Below are positions 25,453 through 32,000 of a DNA stretch of 32,000 nt, one piece after another. The notes below the pieces were generated by a model. The model made no database searches. It was not told where the DNA came from and saw only the letters and a list, made by a program, of their open reading frames with translations. A program made the translations under genes and the position numbers. The DNA lies in assembly GCF_000025945.1 (NCBI RefSeq), contig NC_006138.1, forward strand, positions 630,001 to 662,000, in the 5' to 3' direction. The stretch comes from Desulfotalea psychrophila LSv54. GTDB lineage: Bacteria > Desulfobacterota > Desulfobulbia > Desulfobulbales > Desulfocapsaceae. Within the stretch, counting starts at the first letter, position 1. Each line of letters opens with the position of its first letter.

Positions 25453-26361
25453 AAAACTCTCCCTCTAAATTAAAAACTTTTCTGCTAAAGCAATGACGCA
25501 CTCAGCAGCTAAAAAAAAAGCCCCTCTCAGTTTATACAGCCTACAACCGGATCAAAAAAATCAGATGAACCAGGGCGTAGGAAAAAAATTAGAAAAGGAA
25601 AAATGTGTAGGGTAAATATCGAAGACGGTCCAGAAGCAACGCAAAAAATGGTACGGACGAAAAGCAAAGAGCGAGAAGCACAGATGATTAGCAGACAGCA
25701 GAGTGAAAGATCTTTTCGCCAGCTTTGCCGATAGCGATATAAATCCCACCTGGGACTGTATCGACTCGGCGCCTGACTATTATGGCGAAGGTCACTGCTT
25801 GTAAAACCAGACAACTCTTGAATCATTTTCATTCCTTTTTCGTCTGAAAGATAGAGTCCTTCTCTGCTACTACTGAACAAATGTACGACTTACCTAAACA
25901 CATACACAAATCGTGCCAGTTTGAGATAACAAAGCAAGTCCGAGCAGTTAACAATAATACCCCTTGCAAAAATAACCAAAGAGCCCAGTCATTAATGCTT
26001 TCCTGCATCGTTTCTAACATACCAATGACTATTAGTCGCAAAAACGGGTAGGTAAAACAATGCAATACTGAATCAAAAAAAAGCAGACAGGCCCTTACCT
26101 AACAATTATTCTCAGAACAAAAATATATCACAAAAAAAGCATATCCGCACAAAAATAATGCAAGAAGGAGACTTAGGTCAATACCACCACCTTTTTTTCC
26201 AAACAAATGAAGCCACATAGGACATAAGTTTTTTTTGCATTATTGTGAATAAGAAGAAAAAATCTCCATCGGCATCTCAGCATAAATATACTATGCTTAA
26301 AATGAGCAAAAACAGAACTCTCACCCTCGACCAACAGACAAGCCTCAGACAAGGAAATACC

Positions 26362-27129
26362 ATGGCCAATATATCACCTATCGCAACATTCCTAGGTGGC
26401 TTCGCAAGCCACAGGGCAAGCTGCCAGTGGGCATCCTTTGATGCCTCCGGCGGCATAAGTAGCGGTCCATACCGTTACGGCAACGTCAGCCTTAAGGTGG
26501 GCGACGCCCCCTTCAACGTAGAATGGAACCGGGAAAGGATACAGGAAAGCCTGGAGGCCCACTGCCTCCTCTCGGCCGGGCAGGTACACGGAGAAAAGAT
26601 TTACAGCCTAACTAAGCCTATCAAAACGAGCCTGGAGGTTGAAGGCTACGACAGCCTTATCACCAATCAGACAGGAGTTGCCCTGATGATTCAGCAGGCT
26701 GACTGCCAGGCCATACTCCTCTTTGATCCGGAGCAGGCTGTTATTGCCGCAGTCCACGTTGGCTGGCGTGGCAATGTCAGCAACTTAATCGGCAAAACAA
26801 TAGAGGAGATGACAAAGACCTTCCACTCTGCAAGCAGAGACATCCAGGCATTTATCAGTCCCTCCCTGGGACCATGCTGTGCTGAATTCAGCAACTACAG
26901 AGACGAGTTTCCTACCGAATTCCAGGAGTTCATGGCCCAGGAGTCCCATTTTAATCTCTGGAAAATCTCAGAGAAACAACTTACCGATGCGGGCCTGCAG
27001 AGAAAAAATATTAGCCTTGCGGAAATATGTACCTCTTGCCATGATAACTACTTTTCATATCGACGTGCCTGCCGCACAGGAGATGGCACAACGGGAAGAA
27101 ACTGCTCTGCTATAGTGCTCGAGAGATAA
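26362..27129 (+). CDS. pgeF: Peptidoglycan editing factor PgeF / YfiH (DUF152, polyphenol-oxidase-like) family protein
   Basis: 255 aa from the ATG at 26362 (AAGGAAA RBS). Family motifs include LIQQADCQAILLFDP, AAVHVGWRG, and the C-terminal CTSCHDNYFSYRR Cys/His Zn ligands. The ORF track start at 26245 is a GTG giving an atypical K-rich extension. Confidence 0.85.
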   Translation: MANISPIATFLGGFASHRASCQWASFDASGGISSGPYRYGNVSLKVGDAPFNVEWNRERIQESLEAHCLLSAGQVHGEKIYSLTKPIKTSLEVEGYDSLITNQTGVALMIQQADCQAILLFDPEQAVIAAVHVGWRGNVSNLIGKTIEEMTKTFHSASRDIQAFISPSLGPCCAEFSNYRDEFPTEFQEFMAQESHFNLWKISEKQLTDAGLQRKNISLAEICTSCHDNYFSYRRACRTGDGTTGRNCSAIVLER

Positions 27130-27132
27130 AGA

Positions 27133-27807
27133 ATGAAACTACTCCTTATTGAAGATGACCTAACCATCGCAGACCTTATCCAAAAGGGTTTAGAAGAGGC
27201 AGGCTTTGCCGTTGACTCCTGCCATAATGGCAGAGAGGGACTAAGCCACGCCCTCAAGGGTGCCTACTCTGCCGCAATTATAGACATCATGCTCCCGGAA
27301 CGGGATGGACTGAGCATTATTGAAGAGATGAGGGCAGCCGGCAAGGAGACCCCAGTACTGATCCTCAGCGCCAAACAGTCCGTTGACGATAGAATCCAGG
27401 GGCTACAGAGGGGAGGCGATGACTATATGATCAAGCCCTTCTCCTTTGGCGAACTTCTTGTCCGGGTGCAGGCCCTGATCCGCCGGGACCAAAAACACTC
27501 TCCTCAGACAAGACTATCCATAGGACCACTGGAGATGGACCTTCTCCGCCAGCAAGTATGCCGCGATGGCGGCCAGATAGAGCTCCCCGCCAAGGAGTAT
27601 GCCCTCCTTCTCTATATGGCAGAGAACGCAGGCACCGCCCTCTCCAAAACATCCATCCTGGAAAAGGTCTACGGCTACAACTTCGACCCCCAGACCAACG
27701 TAGTGGACGTACTTGTCTGTCGACTGCGGGCCAAGATAGACAAGGGGTTTGGCCAACAGCTGATTCAAACTATCCGGGGTGTGGGCTATGTTCTTCGCAG
27801 CCACTAG
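27133..27807 (+). CDS. OmpR-family response regulator (CusR/CopR-like)
   Basis: Receiver domain with DD...D (IIDIMLPERDG) and K (IKPF), plus a winged-helix C-terminal domain (RGVGYVL). Closest by eye to heavy-metal-type OmpR regulators. Confidence 0.9.
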   Translation: MKLLLIEDDLTIADLIQKGLEEAGFAVDSCHNGREGLSHALKGAYSAAIIDIMLPERDGLSIIEEMRAAGKETPVLILSAKQSVDDRIQGLQRGGDDYMIKPFSFGELLVRVQALIRRDQKHSPQTRLSIGPLEMDLLRQQVCRDGGQIELPAKEYALLLYMAENAGTALSKTSILEKVYGYNFDPQTNVVDVLVCRLRAKIDKGFGQQLIQTIRGVGYVLRSH

Positions 27808-29161
27808 AGAACTCCGCCGCAGCCCATGGGCAACCCTTCTGCCTCTTCTCTGCGGAGTGCTCTTCGTAGCCATTAACCTGACTAACACAGACTCCCGTCT
27901 ACGCCAGGACGACAGACAGAGACTCAACCACCTCCTGCAAAACTATATAGAGGAGACGGCAATAGACCGGCTCCGAACAAAACCTTTGCAAATACTTATC
28001 CCCAACCTGGAACGACTGGGACCACTGGCCTTTATCCGCATCATCCACGGCAAAAAACAGCTCCTTATTGCCCACGAAAAGCATCTTCCCTTCCCCCTCA
28101 GCGACCTGAGCAATATCCACCACCGGGAAAATAGCATATGGAGAATAATCGCCAGCAAAAAAGGAGAGGTGGCCCTCAACACCATGACCCGGGAAATTGA
28201 CGGAGAGCTCTCCCTGCAAGCCGGAATGATATCGAGCAACTATCCACTCTACCAAGGGCTGCGCCAAAATGCCCTGACCGGCCTCAGCCTCTATACCTTC
28301 CTCTGCCTCCTCTGCGGATATATTGTTCAGCGCAGCAGCCAGGCGGCCATCCTCAACACCTGCAAAAAAATTGGCACCGGAAACAGGGCAAAGGGTTTCA
28401 GCCCCCTGCCGGAAAGAGGGCACAGCGAAGCGATGAACCAACTGCACCGCAAAATCAACCAACTTGTGGAGCATAACAGCAGGCTTATGTCAGAATTGCA
28501 GGGCTCGCTGGACAATGTTGCCCACGACCTACGCACCCCCATTGCCCGCCTGCGCTCAACGGCTGAATATGGCCTGCAGGGAGGCAATGACCTACCCCGT
28601 CTTCAGGATGCCCTGGCAAATTGCCTTGAGGAATCTGAGCAAATATCTGCTATATTACGTATCATGATGAGCGTGGCCGAGGCAGAATCTGGTACCATGC
28701 GCCTTGAACCATGTAAAACCGACCTGGAACAGGGATTGCTTGAGGCCATAGACCTCTACGCCTACAGTGCGGAAGAAAAACAGATAGAGGTGCGGCAGAG
28801 TCTAAACAAAATGGTCTACGCCGAGGTTGACCCCATACGCATACGCCAGGTATGGGCAAATCTGCTTGATAATGCCCTCAAGTACGGTAAAGTCGGAGGG
28901 CAGGTCAACATCGAGCTCTGGCAGGATGAGGATTACGCCTTCATCTCCTTCCGGGATAACGGCATGGGCATCTCCCAGACAGAGAGAGACCGCATTTGGG
29001 AGCGCCTCTACCGAGGCGACCGAAGCCGAACCGAAAAAGGGCTGGGGCTGGGACTCAACTACGTTAAGGCGGTAACAGAGGCCCACGGCGGCCAGATAGA
29101 GGTGCAGAGCGAACTGCACAGGGGAAGCTGCTTTACCGTGAAGTTGCCAAAAAATATATAA
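27788..29161 (+). CDS. Sensor histidine kinase (two TM helices, periplasmic loop, HisKA + HATPase_c)
   Basis: H-box VAHDLRTPIARL, N-box NLLDNALKYG, G-boxes RDNGMGI and GLGLGLNYV. The start is either the ATG at 27788 or the GTG at 27779. Both overlap the regulator 3' end, which suggests coupling. Confidence 0.88.
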   Translation: MFFAATRELRRSPWATLLPLLCGVLFVAINLTNTDSRLRQDDRQRLNHLLQNYIEETAIDRLRTKPLQILIPNLERLGPLAFIRIIHGKKQLLIAHEKHLPFPLSDLSNIHHRENSIWRIIASKKGEVALNTMTREIDGELSLQAGMISSNYPLYQGLRQNALTGLSLYTFLCLLCGYIVQRSSQAAILNTCKKIGTGNRAKGFSPLPERGHSEAMNQLHRKINQLVEHNSRLMSELQGSLDNVAHDLRTPIARLRSTAEYGLQGGNDLPRLQDALANCLEESEQISAILRIMMSVAEAESGTMRLEPCKTDLEQGLLEAIDLYAYSAEEKQIEVRQSLNKMVYAEVDPIRIRQVWANLLDNALKYGKVGGQVNIELWQDEDYAFISFRDNGMGISQTERDRIWERLYRGDRSRTEKGLGLGLNYVKAVTEAHGGQIEVQSELHRGSCFTVKLPKNI

Positions 29162-29182
29162 ACAGAAGACCATATCAATAAA

Positions 29183-30124
29183 ATGAAAAATATAATCAAC
29201 ATAGGTAGCCGGAAATCCAAACTTGCCATGTGGCAGACCAACACCATCGCCGGACAGCTCGAAGCGGCCGGCATGGAGACCAGAATCAACAGCATGGAGA
29301 CTAAGGGGGACAAGATCCTCGACAGATCCATTGTCAAGATCGGCTCCAAGGGCGTCTTCACTGAAGAGCTGGAGGTACAGTTGGCAACAGGGATCACCGA
29401 TATTGCCGTCCACTCCGCCAAGGATATGCAGTCTCAACTCCCCGAGGATTTTGAGCTCATCGCCTTCAGCCAACGAGAAAAGGTCAACGACGTGTTGGTC
29501 AGCGACGACAAAGAGATCGATCTGGCCGACCCGACAAAAAAGATCCGGATCGGCACCTCCTCTGTCCGGCGGCGGGCCATGCTCAAGCAGTACTACCCCC
29601 ATGTACAGGCAGTTGAAATGAGGGGTAACCTGCAGACCCGCATCGAAAAGATGAGAAATGGTGACTGCGACGCCCTGATGCTGGCCTATGCCGGGGTCAA
29701 GCGAATGGAAAATGACGATATGATCGTTATGGAATTTGACACCGCCCGTTTTACCCCGCCTGTGGGTCAGGGCTGCATTGCCATAGAGGCCGCCACCAAC
29801 CTCGACCCGGCAAGACGAGAGGCAATTCGCACGGCCCTTAACGATGCGGACAGCGAGAGCTGCCTCCTGGCCGAGCGAGCCTACCTGAAAAAGCTTGAGG
29901 GCGGTTGCAGCATTCCCGCCTTCGGTCTCGCCTGCCTGGAGGGAGAAGAACTGGTTATGCGAGCAGGACTCTCAAGCCTTGACGGCACCAGAATTCTGGT
30001 AAAAGAGGTCAGGGCCAATCGCAGTGAAGCCGAAACACTGGGCAATAATCTGGGCGAGTATATTCTCGAAAACGGCGGTCGTGAGATGTTGGCGGAGATT
30101 CGTCGCCAGCAAGCTGGAGAGTAG
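29183..30124 (+). CDS. hemC: Hydroxymethylbilane synthase (porphobilinogen deaminase)
   Basis: 313 aa with IGSRKSKLAMWQT, GDKILD, KGVFTEELE, VHSAKDM and RGNLQTRI, and the cofactor Cys in LEGGCSIP. Confidence 0.95.
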   Translation: MKNIINIGSRKSKLAMWQTNTIAGQLEAAGMETRINSMETKGDKILDRSIVKIGSKGVFTEELEVQLATGITDIAVHSAKDMQSQLPEDFELIAFSQREKVNDVLVSDDKEIDLADPTKKIRIGTSSVRRRAMLKQYYPHVQAVEMRGNLQTRIEKMRNGDCDALMLAYAGVKRMENDDMIVMEFDTARFTPPVGQGCIAIEAATNLDPARREAIRTALNDADSESCLLAERAYLKKLEGGCSIPAFGLACLEGEELVMRAGLSSLDGTRILVKEVRANRSEAETLGNNLGEYILENGGREMLAEIRRQQAGE

Positions 30125-30187
30125 ACAGAGCCACCTCTACACCTGTGTGGCAGGAGACTGCCGCACAACATTGGGAACGGGATCAGT

Positions 30188-30893
30188 ATGCGTCTTGAAT
30201 GTCATAACCTCTATTTTTCTTATCCGGGTACGGATATTACCATCCTGGAAAAGATGAGCTGCGCCTTTTCCCGGCCCGGCTTCCACTCCGTCTTCGGCCC
30301 ATCGGGGGTGGGCAAGAGCTCCTTTGCCAAGCTGATTGCCAGGGCCAACAGTCCCACCCAAGAAGACTATCAGGGCAGCATCGTACTTGATGGCATCGAA
30401 AAGATTCTCTACTCATACAACCTCGAACGCCTCCCCGGTTGGGAAAGCACTGGCAAGCATCTGGAAAAGATCGTTGCTCCCGCTAAGCACGCCCTCAAAG
30501 AGAATCTCATCGACATTTTTGAAATCAGGCCCCTTCCTGGGGTCACGCTTCAACAAACTCTCCATGGGCCAACAGAACAGGGTCAACCTCATCCGCTACC
30601 TTCTCCAGGATTTCGACCTTCTTATCCTCGATGAGAGCCTGGCCAACGTTGACGAAAAACTGCGCCAAACAATCATCGTCCATATCAAGGAAATTTTTCC
30701 TGAAAAGATGTTTCTCTATATATCTCATAACCTGATGGAGGTCTCCTCTTTCTGCGATGAAATCATGGTCTTTGGGGCCAACAATGAAAAAAAACATTAC
30801 CGGGTAATCGAAGGCCAGAACTGCCAGCTGAATAGAGAAGTAGACAAAAGAAAACGAGATGTTACAATGCTAGAAGTAATGAACTCCTTCTAA
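30188..30893 (+). pseudogene. ABC transporter ATP-binding protein (NitT/TauT-type), reading frame broken by a +1 frameshift near 30527-30543
   Basis: The frame-2 ORF (30188-) carries Walker A GPSGVGKSS. The frame-3 ORF (-30893) carries the signature LSMGQQNRV, Walker B LLILDES and H-loop ISHN. Deleting one base in the C4 run (30530-30533) or the G4 run (30539-30542) joins them into about 235 aa (…LIDIFEIRPFLGSRFNKLSMGQQ…). Confidence 0.8.
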
Positions 30894-30923
30894 GTATTTC
30901 AGAACTATATCTCGGAGAATAAG

Positions 30924-31679
30924 ATGCTTTTTCGAAGAATATATCAGTTTCTTATCGTCTACCTCACCGGGGTAAGCACCCTGCTGCTCATCAAGCATAG
31001 CCTGCAGCTCTCCAACTACGTCATCCCCAACATTCCACTTATCCTGGAGACCGCCCAGACTAACGCAGGCCCCTATTTCCTCGATGTACTCAATACCCTG
31101 GGCATAGCCGTGCTCGGGCAGATAATCTCCATCGCTCTGGCCTTTAGCGTCGGCATTGCCGGCAGAAGATCTTCCTGGATGGGTTCTTTTATCAAGATGG
31201 CTGCCTACAATATCCAGGCATATCCCATTGTCGCTCTGGCCCCGATCATCTTTATCCTTCTGGGCGACGGCTTTATCCCCCGACTTCTTATCGCCTCCAT
31301 GATCTGCTACTTCCCCCTCCTCCTCTCCGTCCTGGGCATAATGTCCACCCCAATTAAGGATATCGAACACTTCTACCGGGTCACCGGCAGAATGCGCTGG
31401 CAACTTGAGGTAAAGATCCGGGCCTTTGAAAACCTGAATAAACTGACCACCGTCATTTCCGGCAGTGCCACCCTGGCCATGGCAGGGGCCATTGTGGCCG
31501 AATTTATTGCCGCCAATGCCGGCATTGGCTATTCAATCCGTATAGCCCTCTACCAGAGCGATCTGGCCAAGATACTTATTGCCCTCTTTATGATCGGCAT
31601 CGTCATATCCGTCTACCAGGGCTTTTTGGAATCTTGCAGTGAAAAAGCCAAGATACACTGGGGAATAGCGGGAGACTAA
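30924..31679 (+). CDS. ABC transporter permease (binding-protein-dependent inner-membrane component, NitT/TauT-type)
   Basis: 251 aa, about 6 TM helices, with an EAA-like loop region (HFYRVTGRMRWQLEVKIRAFENL). GGAGA RBS. It follows the ATPase. Confidence 0.85.
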   Translation: MLFRRIYQFLIVYLTGVSTLLLIKHSLQLSNYVIPNIPLILETAQTNAGPYFLDVLNTLGIAVLGQIISIALAFSVGIAGRRSSWMGSFIKMAAYNIQAYPIVALAPIIFILLGDGFIPRLLIASMICYFPLLLSVLGIMSTPIKDIEHFYRVTGRMRWQLEVKIRAFENLNKLTTVISGSATLAMAGAIVAEFIAANAGIGYSIRIALYQSDLAKILIALFMIGIVISVYQGFLESCSEKAKIHWGIAGD

Positions 31680-31716
31680 GTCTGAGTAGCATACCCTCAA
31701 CCTTAAAGGAATCTGC

Positions 31717-32000
31717 ATGAAAACAATATTCGCCCTCATCCTCGGTTGCTGCCTCCTCACCTTCTCCACCAGCAGCGCCTGCGCCCAGGAGGAGACCCTG
31801 CACTACCGACTCAAATGGCTCTTTAACTCAAGTGTTGCCGGCGATATCTACGCAGAGAGCGGGGGATATTTTGCCAAGGAGGGACTAAAGGTCAAGGTCA
31901 AGGAGGGAAGTCCAGAGAAAAACGCCATCAAGGAGTTAGAACTGGGACAGGCAGATTTTGGGGTGGCCTCAGCCGATCAGGTTATCAGGGCTCTGGAAAA
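31717..32000 (+). CDS. ABC transporter substrate-binding protein, NMT1/THI5-like (partial, runs off the right window edge)
   Basis: It is not in the ORF track because no stop is reached. ATG at 31717 with an AAAGGA RBS. Translation MKTIFALILGCCLLTFSTSSACAQEETLHYRLKWLFNSSVAGDIYAESGGYFAKEGLKVKVKEG... shows a signal peptide plus the NMT1/SsuA-like N-terminal pattern. Confidence 0.75.
   Translation, partial: MKTIFALILGCCLLTFSTSSACAQEETLHYRLKWLFNSSVAGDIYAESGGYFAKEGLKVKVKEGSPEKNAIKELELGQADFGVASADQVIRALE

Noticed and set aside
25902-25919. Sigma54-like TGGCAC on the minus strand (TGGCACgatttGTGT) about 460 nt upstream of dctP
   Set aside because: The -24 half is perfect, but the -12 element lacks the near-invariant GC at the correct spacing (GTGT instead of TTGC). 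No enhancer-binding-protein gene is nearby. A lone TGGCAC hexamer is expected by chance in 32 kb.
25527-26065. Minus-strand ORFs of 117 aa (25527-25880) and 78 aa (25829-26065) in the long intergenic gap
   Set aside because: There is no Shine-Dalgarno sequence upstream of either start. The composition is dominated by Phe/Leu/Ser/Cys derived from the A-rich plus strand, and no motif is present. I treat the region as non-coding and report it as a finding instead.
28802-29602. 266-aa minus-strand ORF spanning the histidine kinase 3' end and the hemC 5' end
   Set aside because: It crosses an intergenic gap between two confidently identified plus-strand genes. It has no RBS and a Gly/Asp/Leu-rich nonsense-like translation.
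1-32000. Search for mobile elements, CRISPR arrays, and tRNA/rRNA/tmRNA/RNase P genes
   Set aside because: I saw no transposase- or integrase-like ORF, no terminal inverted repeats bracketing a segment, no regularly spaced direct repeats, no cloverleaf-like tRNA candidates in the intergenic gaps, and no GAGGAAAGUCC-type RNase P core. By-eye scanning cannot exclude small RNAs.

Overview
This is a gene-dense bacterial chromosomal window of roughly 50% GC. From gene content alone I guess an anaerobic, deltaproteobacterium-like (Desulfobulbales-type) organism, but this is not verifiable here. Bases 786-10800 form one co-directional module for a membrane-bound, Tat-exported [NiFe] hydrogenase: small subunit, large subunit and cytochrome b, followed by hypF-hypC-hypD-hypE, the maturation endopeptidase, hypA and hypB. 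A bidirectional terminator separates it from a translationally coupled minus-strand pair of unknown function (nucleotidyltransferase-like/DUF4037-like plus DUF4125-like, 10896-12430). Diverging from that pair is the most interesting part, at 12609-17760. It is a tight five-gene operon in which every product has an N-terminal export signal: COG3014-like lipoprotein, YcfL-like, LpoB-like, a tandem LPP20-like lipoprotein, and an LPP20+CsgG-like protein. No substrate, PBP, curli or flagellar genes accompany it, so I flag it as a candidate undescribed envelope or outer-membrane complex. The rest is mostly housekeeping or accessory. It comprises a YhaM-like L-cysteine desulfidase, CbiK cobaltochelatase, a TviB-like nucleotide-sugar dehydrogenase, an M48 lipoprotein protease and a DctPQM TRAP transporter. 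These are followed by an unusually long (~0.9 kb) A-rich non-coding gap, PgeF/YfiH, an OmpR/CusR-like two-component pair and HemC. The window ends with a NitT/TauT-type ABC transporter whose ATPase gene is split by a single-base frameshift at a homopolymer. I saw no rRNA, tRNA, CRISPR array, transposase or integrase. All family assignments come from motif recognition by eye, and none were confirmed by a search.
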